Positions 39,275-49,701 of a DNA stretch of 64,000 nt are shown piece after piece; positions within the stretch are counted from its first letter, which is position 1; the number at the start of each line of letters is the position of its first letter. The translations under genes were made by a program, and so were the position numbers. The notes beneath the pieces are model-generated. The model had not been told where the DNA came from. It made no database searches and worked only from the letters and a program-made list of their open reading frames with translations. The DNA comes from Spirochaetia bacterium. Lineage in GTDB: Bacteria; Spirochaetota; Spirochaetia; DSM-2461. The stretch covers positions 1,952,001-2,016,000 of the forward strand of contig CAXXIA010000002.1 in NCBI GenBank assembly GCA_963666985.2, given 5' to 3'.

Positions 39275-40363
39275 TCAATTATCTTGTGCCGATCGTTTGA
39301 GTGAATCGCCGCGTCCCCAATCAACGGTGAGTCCTGCCTGCCGTGCAATGTCATTATAGAGTTCCGGGAGTTCATCCTTGGAAGAGTCTGCGGTAATGCT
39401 TTTTTTCCCCGGAAAAAGATTGTATTGAGACCTGAACGACTGAGGTGTAAAGCACGGCATAAGAACATTGGCTCCCGCCAGAAGTCCCTCGACGCGATAA
39501 TCCGCGTCCATACTGCCGAGAGCCGTTGTTGTCGGCATCCATGCGCTGCGGGTTAGCAGCCGGGTGAGCGCGATAACACGCAGTGTCAGAGGTACATCCC
39601 CAGCCGGTTCGTTTCGCAGAGGCGTCGCCGGATGGGGAATAAAGGGACCGATTCCGATCATGTCGAAATCAAACTCGTGAAAGTAGGCTATATCATGAGC
39701 GATATGGGATATTGTCTGACCCGGCACGCCGACCATAATGCCGCTCCCCGTTTGGTACCCCAAATCCCGTAAATCCCGGAGCGCTTGAAGCCGAGTTTCT
39801 ACGCTTCGATTTTCATGAAGGGAGGCATAAAGCGATTCATCGACAGCTTCAATACGAAGGAGATAGCGGTCCGCTCCGGCCTCTCTCCACTCGGCATAAT
39901 CGGAGCGCGGCCTTTCTCCCGCGGAGAGTGTTACGGCCATTCCGGTTTCGGTTTTTATTCGTTTGACAACATCTGAGAGCCGAGAGGCCGGCGTGGCGCC
40001 TTCTCCCGACTGAAGCACAACGGTTCGTATTCCCGCATTCGCTATTCGGCGGGCCGCCGCGGCGATATGATCCGCCGACATGTGATATCGCTTTAGTGCC
40101 CGATTCTTTCGGTTCAGACCGCAGTAAAAACATGTGTTGCCGCAGATGTTTGAAAATTCAATAAGTCCACGGATAAGCATCCGCGGTCCGCACGCCTCAT
40201 TCCTCATCTTTCTCGCTTCGGCGAGAAGAATCTCATGTTCCTCCGGGCCCCCCGCCCGCAGCAGAAGTTCTATATCGGATATGGATGGCGGCGGTTTCGG
40301 ATTATTCTGCGAACGGATGCCGCGGATTCGGTCGAGAGCGGCGATATAGTCTTTTCGTATCAT
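39275..40363 (-). CDS. hydE: [FeFe]-hydrogenase maturase HydE-type radical SAM protein
   Basis: RGLIEFSNICGNTCFYCG, LQSGE, GIGPFIPHP.TP, GANVLMP, Y.LFPGK. Confidence 0.85.
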   Translation of the reverse strand: MIRKDYIAALDRIRGIRSQNNPKPPPSISDIELLLRAGGPEEHEILLAEARKMRNEACGPRMLIRGLIEFSNICGNTCFYCGLNRKNRALKRYHMSADHIAAAARRIANAGIRTVVLQSGEGATPASRLSDVVKRIKTETGMAVTLSAGERPRSDYAEWREAGADRYLLRIEAVDESLYASLHENRSVETRLQALRDLRDLGYQTGSGIMVGVPGQTISHIAHDIAYFHEFDFDMIGIGPFIPHPATPLRNEPAGDVPLTLRVIALTRLLTRSAWMPTTTALGSMDADYRVEGLLAGANVLMPCFTPQSFRSQYNLFPGKKSITADSSKDELPELYNDIARQAGLTVDWGRGDSLKRSAQDN

Positions 40364-41664
40364 GCTCCGACCCGGCTGTTTGTTTTGTTTTCAATGGCAT
40401 GCCTGTAAGCCTCCAGCGCCGCCGGGAACGGCGAAAGAGTCCGTTCAACAACGCCCTGCAGCGTGGAAATCGCAATGCCGTAATTGGTCATGGCAACACC
40501 GGCGGACCGGGCCTGCTCGATACGCCATAACATTTCGCGGCGGGTGAGGGTACATCCTCCGCAGTGAATTATCAGCCGATACCGGGAAAGATCCTCAGGG
40601 TAGTCTTTTCCGGCATAATGATCGATTTCGAGATGAATCCCGGAAAATTGCCGAAGCCATCGGGGAATCTTGACTCGGCCGATATCGTCCGCCAAGGGAT
40701 GATGCGAGCATGCTTCCGAAATGAGAATTCTATCTCCCTCTTTGAGTAAAGACAGCACCGCCGCGCCTTCCGCCAAATAGGAAATGTTCCCTTTATAGCG
40801 GGAGAACAAAATGGAAAAGGTTGTGCACGGAACATTGGACGGGGTGTCAGCGGTCATTTTCAGAACGATTTGCGAATCGCAGACAACCAGATCGGGCGGA
40901 TTCTTCAGGCAGGAGAGGTAGGCCGGGAACTCCCGTTCCTTAACAACGGTTACCGCGGCGTCGCTGTCGAGGGCGTCCCGTATCGACTGTACCTGCGGCA
41001 GTATGAGACGTCCTTTCGGGGCCTGGAGGTCGATCGGTACGATGAGAGCGACCACCGGGAGTCCTTTGCCGACGGGAAGCAGATCTCCCAGAATGGCCGG
41101 AGGGTTAAGAAAATCATCGGGGCATACCGCGATCAGATTTTTTTTCAGTTCCAGAATAATCGTTTCACGGAGATGAGCCGCCTCGGAGGCCGTGCGGCGC
41201 TCATTGGTTACCGAAGTACTTTCCATAATGTAAGAGCTTTTTTTTTCGAGCTCTTCAATCCATGTTTTGCTCGGTTTTTTCAGGTCCGTCTTGTTGATGA
41301 CAAAGATGATTGGAATCTTCCGATCTTTACAGGCTTCAATAATTTTCTCTTCAAAAGGAGTCCATACGTCGCTTTCGAGAATGATTAAAGCCACATCAGA
41401 TGCGGAAAGAGCCATGGTTGTTTTTTCGACGCGAAGAGCACCTAAAGACGATTCATCATCAATTCCCGCGGTATCCAGAAAAACAACGGGACCCAGCGGA
41501 AGCAGTTCCATCGATTTATAAACAACGTCGGTGGTTGTTCCTTCCGTGGAGGAAACAATAGAGGCGGGCTGATCGGCTATTGTATTGAGGAAGCTTGATT
41601 TGCCCGTGTTTGTTCTTCCGAAAATTCCGATATGCAGGCGAAGGGATTTGGGTGTTTTCATCAT
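40360..41664 (-). CDS. hydF: [FeFe]-hydrogenase maturation GTPase
   Basis: GRTNTGKSS, GTTTD, DTAG, NKTD, APKGRLILPQ, EACSHH, HCGGC. Confidence 0.95.
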   Translation of the reverse strand: MMKTPKSLRLHIGIFGRTNTGKSSFLNTIADQPASIVSSTEGTTTDVVYKSMELLPLGPVVFLDTAGIDDESSLGALRVEKTTMALSASDVALIILESDVWTPFEEKIIEACKDRKIPIIFVINKTDLKKPSKTWIEELEKKSSYIMESTSVTNERRTASEAAHLRETIILELKKNLIAVCPDDFLNPPAILGDLLPVGKGLPVVALIVPIDLQAPKGRLILPQVQSIRDALDSDAAVTVVKEREFPAYLSCLKNPPDLVVCDSQIVLKMTADTPSNVPCTTFSILFSRYKGNISYLAEGAAVLSLLKEGDRILISEACSHHPLADDIGRVKIPRWLRQFSGIHLEIDHYAGKDYPEDLSRYRLIIHCGGCTLTRREMLWRIEQARSAGVAMTNYGIAISTLQGVVERTLSPFPAALEAYRHAIENKTNSRVGA

Positions 41665-41676
41665 TGCGGGGTTTCC

Positions 41677-43083
41677 TTAATCTTGATATCCGAGAGCCGA
41701 AAGCGCCGCCGGAGAAAATGATTTTTCAATAATGCTTCCGTCCAGTTTTTGTTCGAGGAATACGCGGAGAAACGGACGTTCCTCTTTGGGAGTGGAAATG
41801 TACTCCGTAACGAGTTTTGCCGTTTCCGTGTATCCGATATGAGGAATGAGCGCGGTAAGCACCATCGGTTCGCGGTCCAGCAAATCTCCGCAGACCTCCG
41901 GCGATGCGTCGATAAGAACAATGTGGGACCGCAGCATGATGTCGGCATTGCGGAGCAGCTTGAGCGCTTCGATGAACGTATCCGCGATGAGCGGGAGAAA
42001 TTCGTTTATTTGAAGAGTTCCCCCCGCCGAAGCTTCCGCGATAAGAGCCATATCGGCTTTTGCTTTCATGGCGGCTTGAATAACCGCTTCCGGAATCACC
42101 GGATTCACCTTGCCCGGCATAATCGATGAACCGACCTGAACGGCGGGCAGCTTTATTTCACCGGTAAAAGAAAGGAATCGCAGATCACGGGCCGCCTTTT
42201 GAAGATTTACGGCATGGGCGGTGATAATACCGGCGACTTCCACCAGCGAATCGGAATTGGCCGTTTGGTCCACTAAATTTTCCGCCCGGGCCAAACCGTA
42301 TCCGGTCAGTTCGCGTAAATTTTCAATTACTCGGAAAATATATCGTTTCGGCGCGGTGAGTCCCGTGCCGACCGCGGTACCGCCTATATTGACGACGCGC
42401 AGTCGTTCTTCGCATTTGAACGTGCGCCACCGGTCGCGGCCGAAAGCTTCCGAATATGAAGAGAAGATCGTGCCCAGCGTCATGGGCACGGCCGCTTGCC
42501 ACTCGGTTCTTCCGGTTGTAACAATGTGCGCGAAAGCCTTTTCTTTCTCCTGAAAGGCTCCTTGGAGCGCCTCCGTCGTACCGGCCAGTTTCCGAATCAA
42601 TTCGATAAGGCAGATTTTCAAGGCGCTTGGAAAGGTGTCGTTTGTCGATTGGTGAAGGTTCACGTGGGCTAGAGGATCGACGCCGTCATCTCCGTAGTCA
42701 CCGGGCCGCCGCCCCAGGAAAAGATTCGCCTGATTGGCGATAACCTCGTTGATGTTCATATTCAAGGACGTTCCCGCTCCGCCCTGGAGAGCGTCCACGG
42801 GAAACTCTTCATCCAATTCATGGGAAAGTATCCGGTCGCAGGCGTTTCTAATAGCCTCCGCCCTTCGGCCGTCCAGATAATTCAGTTCGTAATTTGTTTT
42901 CGCACAGGCCTTTTTAACAAGGGCATACGCACGAATCAGATGCGGATCCACCGGCCGGCCGGCGAGGGGAAAATTTTCAACCGCCCGAGCCGTATGGATG
43001 CCCCATAACGCGGAGGCGGGAATGTTTTTTTTCCCAAGGGTATCCGATTCTTCTCTGTAATGAGATTCTGTGTCGTCTTTCAC
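41677..43083 (-). CDS. aspA: Aspartate ammonia-lyase family protein
   Basis: QGGAGTS.NMN.NEV, QSTND, GGTAVGTG, GSSIMPGKVNP. Confidence 0.85.
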   Translation of the reverse strand: MKDDTESHYREESDTLGKKNIPASALWGIHTARAVENFPLAGRPVDPHLIRAYALVKKACAKTNYELNYLDGRRAEAIRNACDRILSHELDEEFPVDALQGGAGTSLNMNINEVIANQANLFLGRRPGDYGDDGVDPLAHVNLHQSTNDTFPSALKICLIELIRKLAGTTEALQGAFQEKEKAFAHIVTTGRTEWQAAVPMTLGTIFSSYSEAFGRDRWRTFKCEERLRVVNIGGTAVGTGLTAPKRYIFRVIENLRELTGYGLARAENLVDQTANSDSLVEVAGIITAHAVNLQKAARDLRFLSFTGEIKLPAVQVGSSIMPGKVNPVIPEAVIQAAMKAKADMALIAEASAGGTLQINEFLPLIADTFIEALKLLRNADIMLRSHIVLIDASPEVCGDLLDREPMVLTALIPHIGYTETAKLVTEYISTPKEERPFLRVFLEQKLDGSIIEKSFSPAALSALGYQD

Positions 43084-43910
43084 GTTTTCCCTCTTTGATG
43101 CGGCGCTTCACACCTGTGTTCCCGCGACGCGGATGAGATTTGAGAGCGCATGATGGATTCTTCGATTTGGGCGACATTCTCCGCAAAGGCCGAAGCGGTT
43201 CGTTGACGCGGGCGTTCCAGAGTGATGGCGATGTCGTGAACTATGGTTCCTTCGTTCATCGTAAGAACCCTGTCCGCTAAGAGAACCGCTTCTCCGATGT
43301 CATGGGTAACAAGAAAAATCGTCGGCTGCCGTTCCTTCCATAACCGATCCAGTTCTTGCTGAAGCTGCAAGCGCGTAAAGGCGTCGAGAGCGCCGAACGG
43401 TTCATCCAAAAGCCATAAGGAGCGGTTCTGGCATAATGCCCGTGCAAGATTAATGCGCTGTGCCATCCCCCCGGAAAGATGGCGCGGATAGGATGCAAGC
43501 CGCTTTTCCATGTGTACAAGAGTCGCGGCGTCCCGAATACGTCTGCGGGCATCCTCTTCCGGCACGTGTTCGGAGCGAAGAGCCAGCAGCAGATTTTTTT
43601 CAACCGTAAGCCAGGGAAGCAGCCTGGCATCCTGGAAGACCAGAGCCGAGACACCGCGGGCCCGATCCTGCCGAACCCCTTCAAATTCGATTGTTCCGTC
43701 ATTGGGTGTACGCAGACCGGCGATAAGACGAAGTAAAGACGTTTTTCCGCAGCCGCTGGAACCGACAATGGCTGTAAACCCGCCCGCATCGACACGAAGA
43801 GAAAGGGCGTTGACCGCCGTAACAGGATTGGAGCCATTCTCGTAGATGCATGTAAGATGGCGGAGATTTACGGCAATCAAAGGCGCTCCTTTGATTGCTC
43901 GGCCGTCCAC
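43080..43910 (-). CDS. ABC transporter ATPase (NitT/TauT/SsuB type)
   Basis: GSSGCGKT, LSGGMAQR, LLDEPFGALD. Confidence 0.93.
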   Translation of the reverse strand: MDGRAIKGAPLIAVNLRHLTCIYENGSNPVTAVNALSLRVDAGGFTAIVGSSGCGKTSLLRLIAGLRTPNDGTIEFEGVRQDRARGVSALVFQDARLLPWLTVEKNLLLALRSEHVPEEDARRRIRDAATLVHMEKRLASYPRHLSGGMAQRINLARALCQNRSLWLLDEPFGALDAFTRLQLQQELDRLWKERQPTIFLVTHDIGEAVLLADRVLTMNEGTIVHDIAITLERPRQRTASAFAENVAQIEESIMRSQISSASREHRCEAPHQRGKT

Positions 43911-44671
43911 GGAGAAAGGCGGAGCGTTATCGCGCCGAGTATGCCCTCAAAGATAAATCCCAGCACCCCAATCGCCAGAATGCCGACCAGAACGCGGTCG
44001 GTTCTCGCCATTTCCTGTGAGTCCAAGATGAGATATCCAAGCCCCGAAGCGGCGGCAAAAAGTTCGGCTCCGACCAAAGCGCGCCAAGAATATCCGAAAC
44101 CGATGCGTAAGCCCGTTACTATGTGGGGAAAGGCGCCGGGAAGAAGAATAAAGCGAAGGCGATCAAATCCGGAGAGATTCAGGGTTGCCGCCAGTTCGTG
44201 CCATCGGGTATCAACCTGTTGAAAACCGTCAAAGGCGTTTAAGAATATGGGAAAAAAAGCGGCTAATACTATAACGGCGATCTTCGAACTTTCGCCTATA
44301 CCGAACCAAAGGATGAGCAGCGGAATAAGGGCCAGCGGCGGAGTTGCCCGCAGAAATGAGAGAAGAAACGAACTTCGTTCCATCCAGCGGATTCTCCGGT
44401 GAAGAAACAGAGCCAAGGGAAGGGCAATGGAAACAGTTATGCCGTATCCGATAAAGACGCGGCGAAGACTGACGGCAATATGATGCGGCAGCGACCCGGA
44501 GAGAGTTAACCTCCATCCTTCGCGCAGAACCTTTTCCGGCGAAGGAATCAAATAGTCATTTATAAGTTCCAATTTGGAAAGAAGACCCCACAGCAGGAGC
44601 AGCATTAGCGGCAGCCATGATTTTCTTATAAGAGTTGAAAATCTTAAAGGAGATCTCCGAAACAACGTCAT
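43877..44671 (-). CDS. ABC transporter permease (NitT/TauT/SsuC type)
   Basis: PPLALIPLLILWFGIGE, LVGAEL.AA.SGLG. Confidence 0.93.
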   Translation of the reverse strand: MTLFRRSPLRFSTLIRKSWLPLMLLLLWGLLSKLELINDYLIPSPEKVLREGWRLTLSGSLPHHIAVSLRRVFIGYGITVSIALPLALFLHRRIRWMERSSFLLSFLRATPPLALIPLLILWFGIGESSKIAVIVLAAFFPIFLNAFDGFQQVDTRWHELAATLNLSGFDRLRFILLPGAFPHIVTGLRIGFGYSWRALVGAELFAAASGLGYLILDSQEMARTDRVLVGILAIGVLGFIFEGILGAITLRLSPWTAEQSKERL

Positions 44672-44681
44672 TTTTGACTAT

Positions 44682-45647
44682 CTACCGGCCCAAGGCGGAG
44701 GGCAAAATGAAATCGTCCGGATTCACTTCCCGTTCGATCATACCCTGCCGAAGAAGAAACCGTATGTCATCGTTCATGCTCGCCACGTCTTCCGGAGAAA
44801 GACTGAGTGTAAAATCGGACCAGTCGTAAAGCATGCGGGCATCGTCCATACTGATTTCATGCTCCGCGGCGCCGATTGCGAGGGCCTCTTCGGTATTGAG
44901 CTCAATGTAATCCATGGCTTTTTCTTGAACGGAGATATACCGGCTTATAAGTTCCGGATATTCATTCCAAAACTCCGGACGCACTCCAACCACAAGTTTC
45001 GGAATCGCATAGCCTTCGGCCGTTGCGAGAAGACGGCAGCCTGCCTCTTTGTTCCGGATAATAAGGCTTGCCGCCTGCAGTGCCGCATCAACTTGGCCGT
45101 CCAGCAGCGCCGCCCGAGACTGCGGAAGACCCATGGAAAAAAATTCGATGTCCGATTCCGTAAGACCTTCCGAGGCCAGGGCCGCGATAAGAATCTGATG
45201 AAGCACCGTTCCTTTGGGACCGGCAACTTTCGCTCCCCGTAATTCGGCAATTGTTTGAGGACCGTTCGGACCCGTCATGATGCCGAAAGTTTTTTGCGGA
45301 CGGCTGAATCCGGATGCGATAAGAACCTGATTCCCCGCGGCATTCGCCAGAACAACCGAAGTACTGTTGATAACGGAGGCAATATCGAGAGAGCCTGCGG
45401 CCATTGCTTCCGCCTGGCGGGCTCCGGAGGTTATTTCGTGCCAGTTAATTGTAATTTCATCGTCTTCAAATTCTTGTTCGAGCAATCCTTGTTCCTTCAT
45501 GATGATGATGGGCAGGTTGAAGGGAGAGGTAACATAGGAAACGTTTATTGCAGTCGGCTTCGGATTTATTTCAGCCCGGCCTGCCGAAACAAAAAGGAAG
45601 AGTGCCGCGGAAACCGTCAGAATGATAAAAATGCCGTTTTTCTTCAT
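44682..45647 (-). CDS. ABC substrate-binding protein (SsuA/NMT1/THI5-like)
   Basis: Signal peptide, SGA...AMAAGSLD, L.G.KVAGPKGT, ALLDGQVDAA. Confidence 0.88.
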   Translation of the reverse strand: MKKNGIFIILTVSAALFLFVSAGRAEINPKPTAINVSYVTSPFNLPIIIMKEQGLLEQEFEDDEITINWHEITSGARQAEAMAAGSLDIASVINSTSVVLANAAGNQVLIASGFSRPQKTFGIMTGPNGPQTIAELRGAKVAGPKGTVLHQILIAALASEGLTESDIEFFSMGLPQSRAALLDGQVDAALQAASLIIRNKEAGCRLLATAEGYAIPKLVVGVRPEFWNEYPELISRYISVQEKAMDYIELNTEEALAIGAAEHEISMDDARMLYDWSDFTLSLSPEDVASMNDDIRFLLRQGMIEREVNPDDFILPSALGR

Positions 45648-45690
45648 GGTAAAGATCCTTCATATCCGCATCTGCGGGATTTTAATTGAG

Positions 45691-45939
45691 TTAGAGTTTT
45701 GCGAGAGTTGATTTCACCGTGACATCGGGTATCATTCCGATTTTGCCGGTTAAATCTCCGATTTTGTCCGTTGACGCGTCGACGATCAGCGTAATGATAT
45801 TCAGGTTTCTTTCCCGATACGGGAGGCCCAATCGGCCGATAATGATTTCACCGAATTGGGATAATAACGAATTAACTTCGGCTACGGATGAGGCTCTGTT
45901 CTTGACGATAATCGCGATAACTCCTACGGCTTTCTGCAT
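45691..45939 (-). CDS. TM1266-family iron-only hydrogenase system putative regulator
   Basis: 82 aa, VIAIIV...VNSLLS....IIGRLGLPY...LTGKIG..PDVTVK. AAGGAG RBS. Confidence 0.88.
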   Translation of the reverse strand: MQKAVGVIAIIVKNRASSVAEVNSLLSQFGEIIIGRLGLPYRERNLNIITLIVDASTDKIGDLTGKIGMIPDVTVKSTLAKL

Positions 45940-46013
45940 AAGACATCTCCTTTCCGGCAATGGAATCGGAGCGATCGCACAATCGCGTATCGCCATTTTT
46001 CCATGACCAAATG

Positions 46014-46169
46014 AACCTGAGGGAAAAGGATAATGTGCTTTGATTAGAAAGGTCGCAGAGTATCCGCCCGCCGCAATTCCGCACGCATATTGCGGCCATT
46101 CCGGCATCGTGGATTGATGAGAAACTCAATTACGACCCTCGGCTTCAGACGGTATCCTTACCTCAGGCT
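46014..46169 (-). ncRNA. Candidate structured leader RNA upstream of the hyd maturation operon
   Basis: Nested helices: AGCCUGAGG/CCUCAGGUU, AAGGAUA/UAUCCUU, AGGGUCGUA/UGCGACCUU, GAGU/ACUC, GCCGCAAU/AUUGCGGC. Confidence 0.5.
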
Positions 46170-46433
46170 GTATGTCGGATTTCTATACCGTTTCTGAGAA
46201 CGGTATGCGAATCGCTGTATTAGCTTTGCAGTATCGGGAAAAAATAGCAAGAAGAAAATCGAATCGGTTCGGTATTTCCCGCATCTTCGACGATTCAATC
46301 CGAAATTCAGAGCATTTAAGTCCGAATCGATCACCGGGGCGGCCTGTTGGATCACGGCAATTTTCTTCAACGGTAATTCCGCACCATGAAATCAAACAGC
46401 ACCGGAATCTACAAATTTATCCGTGAATTACTG

Positions 46434-46464
46434 AAAAAAGCCGGTGCCCCAAAGACACCGGCTT
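46434..46464 (-). terminator. Rho-independent terminator after gnd
   Basis: AAGCCGGTG-loop-CACCGGCTT followed by a T-run on the minus strand. Confidence 0.75.
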
Positions 46465-46540
46465 CAATTCATCTCTTCAATTCATCTCTTCAATTCGTGC
46501 GTCGTATGTCGTACGTCGCACGCGTTATCGGGATTGCTTC

Positions 46541-48049
<1,509 letters not shown>

Positions 48050-48086
48050 ATCCAACTCCTCTTCGAATCTCCACATATATTTTAGT

Positions 48087-48330
48087 GGGGGGAGCACCCC
48101 CCTCGCTTCGGAACCGTCCGCCGTCCTAGCCTCCGGCGGCACCGGCGCTTTTTAGCGGCTTGGTTGCCCGCCGCCGCTCCGCGCCTCGGTTCCTCCGCTG
48201 CCCCCCTGGGGGCTTTAGCAAACATTCAGAAAAATTCAGATTTGGCGTGTAGTCAAGGCGCATCAAGCACAGAAAGCGGAGCGTACTTTTGTACGTGAGC
48301 ATTTCGAGCATTGTCGCAACACCGAGTTAC
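48087..48330. repeat. Two adjacent palindromic REP/MITE-like elements
   Basis: GGGGGGAGC...GCTGCCCCCC with internal GGAACCG/CGGTTCC (48087-48206). The second element has core CGTAC-TTTT-GTACG (48282-48295). Confidence 0.5.
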
Positions 48331-48388
48331 CGGGATCGTTCCTCATTTCATTGCGGTACGACCCTTTCTTCACGTCAAAGGTCATTTT

Positions 48389-49660
48389 TCAATCCTTGAA
48401 TCGGCTCTCATGAGCCCACAGCCCCAGAGCCGGATTCCCCACGAAAAAAATCTCCTCGCCGTCCACCGTATTCCATCCGGTTTTCAGCTTTTTCACATCG
48501 TATTTCTCCAGAAGCGGACCCACTTCGGCGTAATTGAATCCCACGCCTTCGGTTTCTTTCCGGCTCAAATGCCCCGGCGCGTAGGTTATGGAAAAGCGGC
48601 CTTCGGAGGAGCCATGAACCAGATGCGCCGCGGCGCTCAGATTCGAACCGATGTCCTCGTTTTCTTCCACGGCCTTCAGCGTGTTCGGCGTGCCCTTATA
48701 CCCGTACTTGCGAATCAGGGCGTCGATTTCCTTATCCTCGCCGAACTCCTTCACTCCCGGTGCCATCACGATCAGCTCGCCGCCGTCGGCCATGGCCATG
48801 CGCGTTCGGTAGATGGATTTATTGCCCAGCCAGGTGCTGCGGAACTCTTCGGGTTCCAGATACACCACGCATTTCCGAATCGGCTTTTCCACCATGGTGA
48901 AGTTCACCTTAACGGCCAAATCGGCGGCCTTTTCAAAACATTCCCGGCCGTCTCCGATGAAAAGACCGCGCAGAACCAGAGCTCCGTCTTCATCAGGTCC
49001 CAGCACCGTGAGCGCCCAGAGAATCGGCAAATGGGAACCGAAATGATCGTAAGCGTAATCCAGAACGGCCCGAACAGGCGTGTCGGCTCGGCCCATCATC
49101 CGTTCCATGCCGTGCACCGCGCCCAGAAAGTGGCTCTTGTGAATCCCCTCGCTGCCGCCGACACCCACGAAGATGTTCTTCGTATAGTTGGCCATTCCCA
49201 CCACTTCATGCGGCACCACCTGACCCGGCGAAAACACCAAGTCGTGTCCCCCCTCGGCCAGAAGGGTATTCACCTGGGCGGGCCATTCGTAATCCAGTTT
49301 TCCTTCGGAGACTTCTTTCATGAATGAACCTGGAACCACGCCCAAAGTCGTTAAATCGGTGCGCCATTTGTGCTCGCGGAAGAGATCGTGGGAAACACCC
49401 GGAAACATTCGGTCCATCTCAGGCTCGGTCATGGCCGTATGGGTTCCCAGCGCGGGCATGATATCCGTAACGGCGGGCCCGTAATACTCCACAAGATCCG
49501 CCGTTAACTCTCCGGCCCGGGAATAGAACCGGGTAATGTCCGGGGGAATGGCCAGCACTTTTTTCCGCTCGCCGATTCGTCCCAGAGCCTCGAAGAGGCC
49601 CGCTTTCATCTCTTCGCGGCTGATAACGGCATCCTCACCGCCGCGCTCAAAATACATCAT
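48389..49660 (-). CDS. LarA/DUF2088-family racemase/epimerase (probable aldonate 2-epimerase)
   Basis: PPDITR, ALGTH, PHEVVGMANYTKN; uronate and gnd context. Confidence 0.78.
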   Translation of the reverse strand: MMYFERGGEDAVISREEMKAGLFEALGRIGERKKVLAIPPDITRFYSRAGELTADLVEYYGPAVTDIMPALGTHTAMTEPEMDRMFPGVSHDLFREHKWRTDLTTLGVVPGSFMKEVSEGKLDYEWPAQVNTLLAEGGHDLVFSPGQVVPHEVVGMANYTKNIFVGVGGSEGIHKSHFLGAVHGMERMMGRADTPVRAVLDYAYDHFGSHLPILWALTVLGPDEDGALVLRGLFIGDGRECFEKAADLAVKVNFTMVEKPIRKCVVYLEPEEFRSTWLGNKSIYRTRMAMADGGELIVMAPGVKEFGEDKEIDALIRKYGYKGTPNTLKAVEENEDIGSNLSAAAHLVHGSSEGRFSITYAPGHLSRKETEGVGFNYAEVGPLLEKYDVKKLKTGWNTVDGEEIFFVGNPALGLWAHESRFKD

Positions 49661-49701
49661 GAAATTGCTCCTTCAGGTTGGGCTCGTCCGGCAGGCCCTG
49701 C

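Noticed and set aside
39275..40363. Biotin synthase BioB as an alternative call
   Set aside because: The HydE-type C-terminal motif and coupling to hydF favour HydE.
46000..46045. TPP-riboswitch-like string GACC..TGAACCTGA..GGATAATG on the plus strand
   Set aside because: Wrong strand for the operon and lacks the upstream CTGAGA element.
46158..46370. ORF starting KKIAVIQQAAPV, reminiscent of a nitrilase N-terminus
   Set aside because: The similarity covers only ~15 residues and no catalytic motifs follow.
46463..46496. 13-bp tandem repeat TTCAATTCATCTC, about 2.5 copies
   Set aside because: A short local duplication in a 3' UTR with no evidence of function.
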